Below the pieces are notes generated by a model. It had not been told where the DNA came from. It made no database searches and worked only from the letters and a program-made list of their open reading frames with translations. This document shows positions 47,741 to 60,977 of a DNA stretch of 64,000 bases, piece after piece (position 1 is the stretch's first letter; each line of letters opens with the position of its first letter). Location of the stretch: positions 62,001 to 126,000 of the forward strand of contig NMRA01000659.1 of assembly GCA_002633005.1 (NCBI GenBank), written 5' to 3'. This DNA is from Phoronis australis. Taxonomy: Eukaryota > Animalia > Phoronida. The position numbers and the translations under genes are program-made.

Positions 47741-48273
47741 ATAACTAAAATCGATAATTATTGCTGTAATAAATAGGACTTATCTCGCACTCGGCCTACT
47801 ATACACGAGTATTGTCTTACGAATATTCAATCACAGCTATCTCCTCATGTAACCACATGCTGTATTTTAGACGAAAAAACATGATAGTAGACCTATGATC
47901 ATTTGACAAGTTGGAAAATGTGATTCCAAAAGAACCATGGTGCTTATAAACGGTAAGTTAAATCAAAATGGCCTCAGTTCTATTACTGTTCCCATTGAAA
48001 TGCCGCGCTTGTTCTCAAGCGAATAGGTTTTTATCCCATACGCGTTGAATCAGTCGAGTGCAATACGGCCACGTGATATTGTTTTCCGTGTTCCCCCCGC
48101 ACTACTTCAACTACGCCCTCTGACATGGTAATGTTACAAATCCAATGTGCAATTACCGTTGTTTTCATCTTTGTTATCTCTTTTCAGGTAATAAATCGTT
48201 GCATTTAAAACTGTTTCTTTTTCCAGAGAAAACTTGCAACCTAACGCACAAGTACATAGGCCTACATATACAT

Positions 48274-48475
48274 GGGTGGCGTAGCATTGAAAAAAGTGGA
48301 GTGGCGGATGTGATCCGCTACCTAAACAGTCTGGGCGAAGTGTTTAAAAAATCTGCCGAAAAATGAAAGAAACTTAAGGATTCGAAGCGTGTGGGATTGG
48401 CCTAGATTATTAATATCGACAAAATTACGCCTATGCGAAATGTCTCGTGGGAAATTTACTTCAGCTACGCCACTC
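48274..48475. mobile_element. Short TIR element (GTGGCGTAGC...GCTACGCCAC)
   Basis: 10-12-bp inverted termini. Confidence 0.6.
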
Positions 48476-48546
48476 TGGGTGCGTTTTGTGAATGTATTCA
48501 TCTTTCTTCTTCTTGAAGTAGCATGACATTCATGCCTACTTTCATT

Positions 48547-48681
48547 CAGGGGCGAATCCAGGATTTTTTAAAAAAGTGGTCCAAGTCAACAATTTGAAAA
48601 TTCCAGAAAAGATATCACTAAGATCAAGGGGAAAAGGGGGGGGGGTCCGGGCACTTTGACATCCCCCTGGATCCGCCTATG
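48547..48681. mobile_element. Short MITE (CAGGGGCGAATCCAGG...CCTGGATCCGCCTATG)
   Basis: Imperfect 16-bp TIR; 5-bp flanking direct repeat TCATT; internal G-run. Confidence 0.7.
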
Positions 48682-50697
48682 TCATTGATTTTTAAACACA
48701 AACTTAAAATTGTTTTGAAGAGCTGAATTTCCCCGTCTTTTACTAATGAGCCGATTCAATCCTGAAAAACTTCGCTAATTTCTTCTGGACATGTAATTAA
48801 ATGAAACTCGCTTTCCTAATTAGCCCAATACGCTTTGAAAACCCGACAACTTCATAATCTTGAGTTCCAAATAGTAACAGAGACAGAAATAATAGCACAG
48901 ATACGTCATTTTGCCTCTAGAAAAACAGCATAAAAGTACGTAATGAAATAATGATATAGACCGCAACTTCGTGTAAGTTTAACAACGTGCCCAGTTTTAA
49001 TGCACTGCTGAAGACGTCGACAAACGGTTTTTTGACACTGAATAATATTTACCTGGTAATCCCATTTAAGTTTTGAAATATACAGTTGCGTAATTCCACG
49101 AATAAAAATTTTCAGTTGCGGTGCTGTGTTCAACTTTTCGCTCCAACATTAACAGCAGTGTATACACTGGCATGAACTAACATTAACACAACATTAGGTG
49201 CTGTGTATCCACGGGTATGTGCTTACACTAATCCAGTTAAAACAAAAGAAATTCCTACTAGTTCACATAATTTGTCATAACTTTTTGTTACTTGAGATAT
49301 AACCGCAATGACTTTTGAAACGTAATATCCCAACCTAATTTGTCTTAAGACAGTAGAGCAATTGGGTGACAAGGTTTTGATATTCACAGGTAAGTGTAGG
49401 TGAAATTCGAAATTCCTTATCAGTACATTTTCAACTTAAGGAAATTAAATATTCCAGTTCATCATGTTTTAATAAATTTTTACTTAGAAATGTGCATCAT
49501 TATCACATAACAAAGTGATGTCAAGTAAATTGTTGAAAATCCAAGGTATCACGAGGTACAAGATGCACGTGGTACATCGCACCTTTTTGTTAAGTATGAA
49601 ATGTCCCTTTGCGTGATTTTGTGTAGTATTTCTGTATATGAATTTGAAAATCTTAAACCGGCGTAGAAATACAGATCGCAAATATTTGCGGCCAACAGGT
49701 GGCGTGCAGACTAGACTTAAAATGTTTGCGACATTATATTTTTGCATAAAAATTGAGTTGTTCGTCATTTAGACCTAATAGTGTCTATTTAAATCTCATC
49801 GCAAGAAAGCCTGAATCCCACAGCTCGCGTTGAGTAGTCTATCTGATTTCGCTATCGGTTTCTGCCGGGGAATATATAATCATTATAAGATTATTAAACG
49901 TCTCATTACGGGCCGCCTCTCAACATAACTAAAGCGGTTCATTATTTCTTCCTCAACACGACCTTAATAAATACTAGGTTACAGGTAGGTTATGAATCCT
50001 TTCCATGGTTTATGTTTGTGTAGGACATTGACTATTGCTATATTGCGTCGGCTAATAGCAAAACAGAGCACAAGCTAAAAGACTAAGTAAGTGTCAAAAC
50101 TTCCCTTCAGAATGAAATCCAGAAGGAGGCAATTCTTGATAAAGATTTCGATGCCCCAAATTAACTAGATGGTAACCACGAGAAGTAGATGTATCATGAA
50201 CATGTGCGAAACTCGAGTCGACGAACGGGCAAATAATATAAGGAGAATTGTGAGCACCAATAGTTGCTAAGCAAGAAATTAAAACTAATTAACACACTGC
50301 AAATGATTGCCAATCCCCGTTAGGAGATGAAACAAACATGATATCCTAATACAAACGCCACGCTTAACGCTTCGCTGTGTTTGAAACACACGCAAACCTT
50401 ACCAGTGAAGAAAAAAGAAAATCACAGCACATGACGTCAGAACTATTAGACTTGGATCTTACAACGTCGACGTGGCAACACTGTTTTTAACGTGGGGACA
50501 ATTAAATGGAAGCAACATTACGAAGACAACTCGCGACCTCATTGGAAAAACGCGTCCAACAGCACGCAAAATGATAGTATGCAAAACTGACAACAACGGG
50601 CAGTAAACGTGTCCAAAAGCGTTTTTAAGCCTCAATACTGATTACGTTTTTTAAGTGAATTTTCGAATTTTAACCCATTATTACCTTTAAGACGACA

Positions 50698-53600
50698 TTT
50701 TTATGCATTCACATATTTATATGCCGTCATCCCTGTCCGTCCGTCCGTCTGTCCGGTGTCCAGCGTCCGCTGCTCTATCTTCAAAACCCTTTGATGCATG
50801 TTCATGAATTGTGCACACAAGTTTGTATCATGGATGGGACGGCATGAGCGAAATTTCGGACGGATCCTACCACCGGTGTGCCCCCTAGTGGCAATTTTAG
50901 GTTTTTATGTTGAACTCTGTATCTTCAAAGGTACTCAACGGATTTTCATAAAATTTAACAAATAGGTATCTATAAACCAAACCACTCTAAGGATGATTTT
51001 GAAAATTGGCGTTTATGTTTCTACTGTGAAGAGAACGACTGATGATGATTTTCAGGTGGTTCGGATTACTGTGGCGCCTCCTAGTGGCATCTTATGATGT
51101 CTATGGCTGTATCTCCCAAACCATTTGCAGGATCTTCATTAAATTTGGCAAGTGTATTTGTGTGAAGTTGACAGCGGACAGCGACGACATTTGGACGGAT
51201 GCGACTATCGCTGTGCCCCCCCTAGCGGCAATTTTATTTTTTTTTGTTTACCTCTGCAACTTTGAAGCTCCTTGACGGATTTTTATGCCCTCACATAAAT
51301 GCTGCATATTGCCGTCATCTATGTCTGGGCGTCCGGGCATCCGACGTCCGCAGCTGTATATCCTAAACCCCTTGTGCAATCTTATTGAAATTTGGCAGGT
51401 TAGTTCCTATGTGACTGACGAGAGATGACGAAGATCTTCGGACTGATCCGAATGCCATTGTACACCCTAGTGGCAATTTTAGTTTTTTACGTTTGCCTCT
51501 GAATCTTCGTTGTTCCTTGACGGGTTTTCACGGAATTCCACAAATATGTTTTAATACGGAGACAATGATGCCATTCTATTTTTGGACGGATTCGACGGAT
51601 CTTACGCCACCTTGTGGTCATTTTTGTTATTTTTGCGGCGTTTTCTGGCGTCCAAATCTTTATCTGCCATACCACTCAAAGGATCATTATGAAAATTACA
51701 GGTGTGTTGCTGATGAGAAGACCACGGCTGACGTTGACTTTCGGACGGGTCCGACTAATGTGTCGCCCTCTAGTGGCGATGTTGTTCTTTTGCGTCTGCG
51801 GCCGAATCTTCGTAACGCTTTGAAGGATGTTTGTGAAAATTCAAAGATGCATTCTTAAGGAGCCGTCGACAAACGTTAACGAGTATCGAGCTGAACCAGA
51901 TTCCACTGTGCCCCCTAGTGGCGACATGTTTTTGTTTACGTTTGCCTCTGTACCTTCGGATATCAGTAATGTATTTTCATGAAAATCAATACCAAATAGG
52001 TTTCTACTAAGGAGATGAGAACGCCTTCCCATTTTCAGACAGATTTGATTTTTTCTGCGCTACCTGCATGGTGGCCATTTTCGTATTTCTTGCATCCGTT
52101 TTCTGGCGTCCACTTCCCCATCTGCCACACCGCCTGATCATTATAATAGGTGTTCCTGATAAGAAGGCCATGACTAAACTTGACTTCCGGACAAGCCCGA
52201 CCATTGTGTCGCTGCCTAGTGGTGACTTTGATTTTGCGTCTGCGGCCGAATCTCCTTGAGCCTTTGAAGAAATTTGAAAGGTGTCCTCCTAGGAGCCGGC
52301 GACAAAACAGTAACGAGTGTCAAAGTGATCCAAATATCACTGTGCCCCCTAGTGGCAAAATGTTTTTTTACGTTTGCCTCTTATCTTCGGAGTTCTTGAA
52401 TGTATTTCATGAAATTTGGCAGATAGGTTTCTATTAAAAAGATGACAACGCCTTCTCATTTTTGGACAGATTTGACATTGTCTGTGTCACCTGGTGGCCA
52501 TTAGTTTTTTTACGTTTGCCTCTTCGGAGTATCTTGATGGGCTTTCGTGAAATTCCGCAAATAGGTTTTAAAAACTGAGACGATGCCATTCCATTTTGCG
52601 CCTCCTTGTGGCCATTTTTATTATTTTTGCGTCCATTTTCTGGCGTCCACCTGCCTATCTGCCATTTCGCTTAGAGGATCAGTATAAGAATTTACAGATG
52701 TGTTCCTGATGAGAAGGCCTTGGCTGAAGTCGACTTTCGGACGAGTGCGACTACTGTGTTTACCCCTGGTAATTTTTTTTTTGCGTCTGAGGCCGAATTT
52801 CTTTAACCTTTTGAAGGAGCTTTGTGAAATTTGAAAGAAGTTAGGAGCCCGGCGACGACAAACGGTAACACATATCAAACTAATCCAAATACCACTGTGC
52901 ACCCTATTAGCGAAATGTTTTTTTCACATTTACCTCTATCTTCGGAGTTCATGAATGTATTTTTATGAAATTCGGGAAATTATTTTTTATTATGGAGACG
53001 GCAATGCCTTTCCATTTTCGGACAGGTTTATTGTTTTTTGCGCCACCTGGTGGCCATTTAATATTTTTTGCGCATGTTTTTGACGTCTGCCTCTCTATCT
53101 GCCAAACCAAGTGAAGACCCTAGCTGACATTGATTTTCGGATAATTTTGACTTGTCTGGGGCCCCTTACGGGCAATTAAGCTTTTTTGCATCTACGGCTA
53201 TATCCCCTTTGAAGGATCTTTACGAAATTTGGCACGCCAGCTTGTCAATTCGGATAGGTTTGACGCATTCTGTGCCAATTTTATTATATTAAGATCACCC
53301 ATAGAAGCACACCGTTTTCGGTGCTATGGTGGGCGCATTTCAACGCTCCGCGTTGCTCTTGTTATGAAATTTAGTAAATAGGTTTCTATTAAAGAAACGA
53401 TGACAGGTTCCCCTTTTGGGATAGGTTCGACATAGAGCAGCCGTTTTTATTGTCATGAAATTTTGCAAAAAATTTCTATTATGGAGACGACGACCCTTCT
53501 CATTTTCGGACGGATTTGACGTATTCTGCGCCAGGTGGCAATTTAAAATATTTTTTGAGTACGTTTTTACATCACCCTCTGCATCCACTTCTCTGCTTGA

Positions 53601-55321
53601 AGGATCATTATTAAAATTTGTGTTTCTGATGAGAAGACCAAGGCTGACGTTGATTTTTGTCGAACGTGTCCGACTACTCTAGCGTCCTCTTGTGGCAGTT
53701 GTATTTTTTTGCGTCCGCGGCTGTATCTCCTTCACCCTTTGCAAGACCTTTGTGGAATTTAGCAGATATGTTCCTACGGAGATGGCAACAGATGACGGCG
53801 AGTTTCATACCAATAGGACTACAGCTGTGCCCCCTAGTGGCAATCTTATTTTTTATGTCTGCCTCTGTAACTTCAGAGGTCCTTGATGCTTTCTCGTGAA
53901 ACAAGTTTCTAATATGAAGACGACAGCACCTTCTTTTTGTGATGGATTCGACGTATTCTATACCAACTAGTGGCCATTTTAGTTATTTTCAGTCTGTTTT
54001 TTACCGTCTGCTTCGACTGTATCTGCCAAACCGCGCTGAGGATTATTATGAAAATTAGGTGTGTTCCTACTGACAAGAGCGTGACTGACTTGGATTTTCA
54101 AACGGGTTCATCTGTTACAGTGTCCCTCGATGACTTTTTCGTATCTTCAGCTGTATCTACATGTACTAAACCCCTTGCAAGATGTTTTTGAAATTTTGCC
54201 ATTGTTTTTCTATTAACTTGACGATGGATTAGACTACCGTTGTGGTTCCTAATCACTTATGGCAATTTGTTTTTATTTACATTTGCCTTAAAGTTTGTAT
54301 CTTTTTAGTTTTTTGACGGATTTTTATGAAATTTGACTAATAATTTTGAAAGACGACAACAACGATGGGTTCAATGTATTTTGTTCCATCTAATGGCCAT
54401 TTTTAAGCTCAAACATATTTATATATGTGTGTGCATATTGCCGTCATCTCTGTCTGGGTGTCCGGGTGTCCGGCGTCCGCGGCCGTGTCTCCTAAACCCC
54501 TTGCAGGATTATAATGAGATTTGTCAGATGTGTCCCTATGACGTTAACGACAGACAACCACGATTCGACTCCCGGTCTGCTCTCTCGAAAATTTTAGTTT
54601 TTTACGTTTGCCTCTGTATCATTGAAGTTCTGTGATGAATTTGCATGAAATTTAGCAAATAGATTTCTGTTAAGGAGACATTGACGCCCTCCCGTTTTCG
54701 GACGGCTCTGACGTACTCTGCGCCACCTGGTGGCAATTTAAAAAAAATTGAGTACATTTGACGTCCGCCTTCCTAGCCGCTAAATTGCTCAAAGGATCAT
54801 TGTGAAAATTGGCAAATGCGTTCCTGAGGAGGAGACTACGGCTAACACTGATTTTCAGACGGGACCGTCATGAAAATTGTCAGATATGTTCCTGCTGAAA
54901 TGGTAACGACTGGTGTGGATTTCAGTTTTCAGATGGTCCAACCTAACTGTGGTGCTCCCTAGTGACATTCTTTTCGCATCTGCGGCTGTATCTACTGAAC
55001 CCCTTGCAAGATCACAATTTATCAAGTCTGCTGCTATTGACTTGACATCAGATGGACGGACTCGACTGCTGTGCCTTCTAATGAGAATTTGTTTTTTCAC
55101 GTCTGCTTCTGTATATTTGGAGTTCCTATTGGTGGATTTTCATGAAATTTTACAATCAGTTTTGTAAAAGAGAGATGACGACGCTTTCCCAATTTCGGAT
55201 GGGTGTGACTGATTTTGCGCCATCTAGTGGACATTTTACTATACTAAAATGTTGACAATTAGAAGTACACCATTTGCGTTGCTGCCGTGGGGGCATTTCA
55301 CCGCTCCTCGCTGCTCATTTT
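50698..55321 (+). mobile_element. Nested cluster of Helentron-type non-autonomous elements (HINE/DINE-1-like) with internal ~145-bp tandem repeats
   Basis: Heads (T-run, ATGC..CACATA, GCCGTCATC, GTCC-type microsatellite) at ~50698, ~51281, ~54401; tails (GTGGGCGCAT subterminal IR, CAACGC-tcc-GCGTTG hairpin, CTCTTGTT) at ~53363 and degenerate at ~55321; T-rich insertion sites, no TSD. Confidence 0.85.
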
Positions 55322-56884
55322 AGACTTAAATATCCCACTTTTGAAATAATTAAATGTACTTAACGTGAGCGCATTTTGCTTATTACGAACTTAATAAGAG
55401 AGGCGGACACAACAGAAGAACCTGGATCTGCTTGACGTATACAGTTGTGCTGCAGTTCTGAACAACGTAACATATGAGTTTGGATTGCGATGTTTATTTT
55501 TAAATCTAAAGTGAGTGATTATTATGAACTCCCCTTTTTCTAAAACAATTTTTATCCCTTAACCTTAAAACTGGCATCAACCTGTTACACGGGCAGCAAA
55601 TACAGTGAATATTGCATCATTCCAAAACTGAGACGCATACAAGGCACCAAAAATAGCAAACTTTGACTTGAATTATTGAGGAAGTGTTCCAGGCAAAAGA
55701 AAGAGTTTTGAAATGAAACATTACCTTGCTTTTCAATCTGAATAGAATATGAATATGAAATAATTTATCTTTTCACCTGTCAGAGCATCCAGGAATCAAG
55801 TTAGGCGCCTGATACGTCGCTCATAGTAGATAAACTACTGAAAAAGTAACTCTCACTTCCCTTTTTCAAACGTTTCTTGAAATCAGTCATACTATTCAAT
55901 TTCCACAAATTCTGAACTTACGTCACAAAAGCACATCTCCTTATTCGGCATAGCAAGGCATAGATGTAGTACACTTCCCTTATATGGAAATGTGACCTTT
56001 GACCTCTAGGGACTTCAAACAACTGACTGTGAGGGGAAAAGTTTTAATAAAAGAAGGTACATTTGAATTTCCTCAAAGTGGCATTCATCTTTGTTAGTTC
56101 ACACACTTCTACAGTCATCCTTGTGTAGAAATATAGTACCAAGAACGCTGTGCGGAACTCCTAGCTTAGCGTTCCGGAAACATCGCGACGTCAATGACGC
56201 GCCCGTGCTTCCCAGTGTTTGCAACTCAAAACGTAAATCGATTACAAAATAAATGTTGTGGAAAATGAAGACTTTTGAAAATTGTATTTTTCTCAACAGC
56301 ATGTGTCTAGGTGGATGTTGATGTCAGAGCCTTCTATCATGGTTTAGCACAGTACAGAAAACACTAGTGTTAGAGCGTGTCGAACTACATCACTTCCACC
56401 GCCATACTAAGTACAGTTCAGTTTCTTGCGTGCCTGTTTTGTCCTAGTTTGAAGACGGGACAATCTATTTTACATCTCGTGACTTCTTCATCTCCAACAG
56501 AAGACTAATAATCTCTTTCTCGAACGACAATAGTTCAAAGAACATATCTGTGAACCAGAAGCAACTTCCTTTGTGTACCAGTCCTTCAAAAGTACTCCCA
56601 CTCTTCATTTTCATCGTTTTGCAGATTGCACGAATAAAGGAGAACCAACAAACGGCTGTCTTTCTCTAATCACCAATACCAACTTCATTTTCTTACTGTT
56701 TGCATCGTGCAGTGATGTCGTGCATTATCACCTTCAACCTAGCTTCCATTCGTTCACGGCCTAACAGAAATAGTGGTAAAACTCAAAATCACTGCAGGCC
56801 TGCCAACCGATCTGCATCTTTGTGCTTGAAATCCTGTTCCATCGGCAGTGCTTCAATTACGGCTCCTGTTCTGTTTCCACATGA

Positions 56885-58081
56885 TTATGCTCCCACATAT
56901 TTGTATGTGGTCGCATATTGCCGCCATCTCTGTCTGGGCGTCCGGCGTCCGCCGTCCGGCGTTCGCAGCTTTATCTCCTAAACCCCTCACTGAAGATCTT
57001 GATGAGATTTGGCAGGTATGCTCCTATGAAGCTAACGACGGACGACAACGAATTTCGGACCTCTTCGACTACCGGTGTGCCCCACAGTGACAATTTTTAG
57101 TTTTTTACGTTTACCTCTGTAACTTCGGAGGTCCCCGACGGATGTTCATAAATTTTGGCAGTTAGGCATCTATTAATGAGATGATGCCATCCTCCCGTTT
57201 TCTGACGGATTCGAGGTAATTGGCACCACCTACTGGCCATTTTTACTGTTTTCGAGTCTGTTTTTGGCGTCTGCCGTTCATCAACCAAAGCGCTCTGGGT
57301 ATGAGAAGAGGGCGACTGACAATGATTTTTCGAAGACTTCGACAGCTGTGGCGCCTCCTAGTGGCGGTTTTGTTTGTTTGTTTTTGCGCCCAGGGCTGTA
57401 TCTCCTGAACCCTTTACAGGAACTTAATGAGATTTGGCAGATGTGTTCCCATGAAGCTGACGACGGATGACAACGAATTTCGGACCTCTCCGACTACTAG
57501 TGTGCCCCCTACTGGCGATTTTAAATTTTTACGCTTACCTCTGTATATTTGGAAGTCCTTAACGGATTTTCATAAAATTTGGCAGTTAGGCATCTATTAG
57601 TGAGGTGATGCCATCCTCCCCTTTCGGACGGATTCGGTTCACTTTGCGCCACCTAGTGGCCATTTTTACTGTTTTTGAGTTTGTTTTTTGGCGTCTGCCG
57701 TTCTATCAACCAAACCGCTCTAGGGACGGTTGTGGAAATTAGCATTGATTTTCGTAATGTGAAGAGGAAGTCTGACGATGATTTTCCGATGACGTTATCT
57801 ACTTTGGCGCCTCATAGTGGCAGTTATGATTTTTGCACTCATAACCTCTCAGTGGCAATTTCATTTTTTCGTTTTCCTGTTTTCTCAGAAGTTCCTTGAC
57901 GGATTTTTATGAAATTTGGTAAATACCTGTAGCTTTGATGACACATACAAGTCCTTGGATGGATTCGCTATATTTGCGCCATCTAGGTGCCATTTTTATG
58001 TTCCAAGTAAACACCCCTAGGAGCACACCGGTAGCGGTGCATTCGTGGGCGCATTTCAACGCTCTGCGTTGCTCTTATTTT
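56885..58081 (+). mobile_element. Complete HINE-like element of the same family
   Basis: Head TTATGCTCCCACATATTTGTATGTGG, GTCC-rich tract, internal repeats, tail GTGGGCGCATTTCAACGCTCTGCGTTGCTCTTATTT. Confidence 0.85.
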
Positions 58082-59601
58082 ATGTTAGCAGCGATCGTTC
58101 AATGGAGTAACATATTTTCTTTTATCATGATCCCACCAGCTGCATTCACTATATTAGAGCCGAGATTAATTAAACTGGCTCATTTTTCATTTATTCTTAA
58201 TTTTTAGCATGTTTTCCCTCATTCAAAACTGCTACATTGTCAATTATGATGCACCGCATTAGTTGTCCGTTACAGACACTTTACACGAGAAGCATCCTTC
58301 CTAACGATGACGAATGACATGGGGTACTGAAAAGCCATTATCTAATTAAATTAATGACTGAAAGGTTTTTGAAAACGGACTATTTTCTTTCCACGATGAA
58401 AGTTTTATTGTTAAGAGGCTTTAACCAGTTTTCTGGGTTTACTGACTTTCTCACGTCGGTGGATTTTGAGTACGTGTAATTTTTGGTTTAGCGTTTTATT
58501 TTTATTTTCGTAGAAATAATGAAAAATAGTATCACGAATTTAGCCTTTTATTTTCTAGCTCAAACTAATGTGCCATTTGACCTCACTGACACGGCAAATT
58601 CAAGATCACAATTTACCCGCTGCACTTCATCGGGGGTTACGTCATACTGTTAGGATTGTGAAGTAGGTTTACATAACCTAAGGCGAGAAGTTTCTTCAAA
58701 ATTTGCCAGTTTTACAGCGAATTTTTCACATGTAGCATTAGTCATGGTGCAAGAGAGGCTAATTACACAATTTTGCGCCGATGGGGGTAAAAATAAAATG
58801 TGTCTCAAATTTAATGTCATAAAACTACACTCTTCCTTGAGTAAACTAAATTAGTTACCGGTGCTAAAGTTGCTGTTCTACCGCTTTTCTAATGTCAAAG
58901 GTACGGAGCAATCTCAGCGTCACCTATTGGCCAGTTTCTTTTTTTGCTGTTCTTCACTGAGCTGTTCTTCTTCCACAAGTTTGCGTACATGTCACAACAA
59001 ATTGTCAAAATCGGCTTCAGTTTTCGTATTTTGAAACTAGCAAACCGAATTTCTGAGCAAATATTGCTTCGGCGAAGTTTAAGCAAAAATTTAGGCCTGG
59101 CGACAGTATTGTCGAAGGTGACGATCAATATATGTCACAGCACCTCGTCATTTCTGAAAGAGAGTGGTCCAGTGAGAGAGTGACAGAGACCGACACCATA
59201 GAACTTGACTACCGTTCTATGCGAACGCGTAGAATAGTGTGTGGGTATCAGTGCGTGTGCCTTGGTTTGGATGTTATTCGCTGCCCACTATCACAGGGCC
59301 ACTCCCGAAGGAGAATGGCCCTGTGAAAAGATAGTGACCAACACCCAAATATCCTTGTTAGCAATAGTGCGCGTGCCTCGTTTTGGATTTTGTCGTAAAA
59401 ATATAATGCGGAAATGAGACAGAAAAGTATTCTGAACCAATCGGGAATATTTTGTTGAGCTCCATGTTTGGTATGCAAACAGTATATCTTACTATCATTC
59501 AGCGATGTTTAAAGAGACATTATGTGCTAGGTAAGTGATTTTCTGAGATAGCTTCAGCGGCAATCGAACCTGCAACCTCCGTGGTCGCGCAGCTGTCGGA
59601 G

Positions 59602-60114
59602 TTTAACACCAATCGATATCAGTTTTACCTCCAAAAACACAGTTGGGGATTAATGTTGGGAGGGATAAACTTCCTGTGATTATTAGCTTTGACCAGATCA
59701 ATAAAACAATTTTTTGAGATTTTATTAGAAATCGACAATTCTCGCCGTTGCCTGCCAGGCATTCGCTGAAATCGATGCTAAGCAAAACTATTCAGCTAAG
59801 ATGTGAAATTTGGTTCAACAGCAAAGTGTTTGGTTACTACTGAGAGACTACTTGGCTCTGTTCCGCGATACTGGTAATTTCTATAAAAATATACTTTTCA
59901 TGTCGAGAATGTTCATTTAAGTGGTGAAATCCCAAGTATTTATTTCAGAGAATATTGCACTTACAAATGCGAGAACTGGTATTTTGTATCAGAGACACCA
60001 ACACACAACGGATTTTGTTGTTTTACAGATCTGGTCAAAGCTAATAACTTCAAGAAATCTATTTCTCCCAACAATAATTCCTTCGGCTGTAAAACCGATA
60101 ATTTCCGTTTGAAA
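59602..60114. mobile_element. MITE with ~100-bp imperfect TIRs
   Basis: ttattagctttgaccagatc...aaaacaa (~59680-59710) inverted to ttgttttac.gatctggtcaaagctaataa (~60018-60047). Confidence 0.75.
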
Positions 60115-60840
60115 GGAGACTAAATCCTATTTTGAGGTTTTCATCCAATCCTCGTTCTCTCACCTGCTAATGCATCATTCGCGTCAATCTTGAAAGATAA
60201 AAGTTAGACGCAACTGAAAACTCACAGCCCCCACAGGATATTACAGTTATGAGTGGGCGGTCTTTCCCCTCCATGCCACGTCATTCGTTAAAAGCGCAAG
60301 CCACGCTTTCCCGTTTAACGGAGTCTTCAAGTTTTCCTCCAAACATTTTAAGAGTTGTCGAGGCTTAAAGAGCATTATTTTGTTTCAAAGACGCATTCAA
60401 CATTTATCAATATATCAATAGGAGAAGTGGGCAAAAAGGTCTGCTTCAGAGAATCAAAAAAATAGTAGAAAACGAGACAAAAGTTCACTAAAAAGGCAGG
60501 AACTACCAAAACACTTAAATTCGGCTGGGTGAACGCATGCAATACTGCATTTACTTATCTCTCTCGAACTAACGAGTGGCAGAATATGCACGAGGCTTTC
60601 AGGACATTATTTCAGTGCTTGACGCAAAACTATTCTCCCAGAAAATAATTATAGCATTCTTGTGAATCGTGTTTTAACGTGATTTGAGTTCTGTGAACAT
60701 TTACATGAACATGTCCAAAAGCGCTAAAGACAATTATAAGCGACCAGAAACACACATCATACTATTCGTCCTTCGTCTATAAATATTAGTCTTCAGTACA
60801 TCTTCACTCAAACACAGAGCTGCACATTTTACCCACTTAC

Positions 60841-60977
60841 CTGTTAACTAGGCATTTGTTGCAAGTCGTCGCGTTCGCTTACGAGTCATTTGCACGTTGA
60901 TCACTTCGTCGATCTATCAATTAAGGCGCTCGTATATGAGTTTGTTTCTTTTATAGTTCACGCGAGCGCGTCATTGG
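60841..60977 (-). promoter_or_regulatory. Candidate Pol II promoter and non-coding first exon, probably of the GPCR
   Basis: Minus strand: CCAAT (60973-60977), TATAAAAG (60948-60955), then CAG|GTAAGT donor at 60841/60840; locally CpG-rich. Confidence 0.5.

Noticed and set aside
51042-58207. Many 60-120-aa ORFs in the repeat arrays
   Set aside because: Chance ORFs in degenerate tandem repeats; inconsistent frames; no Rep/helicase or transposase motifs.
59555-59600. tRNA-like B-box (GGTTCGATTGCC on the minus strand)
   Set aside because: No cloverleaf or A-box; at most a SINE remnant.
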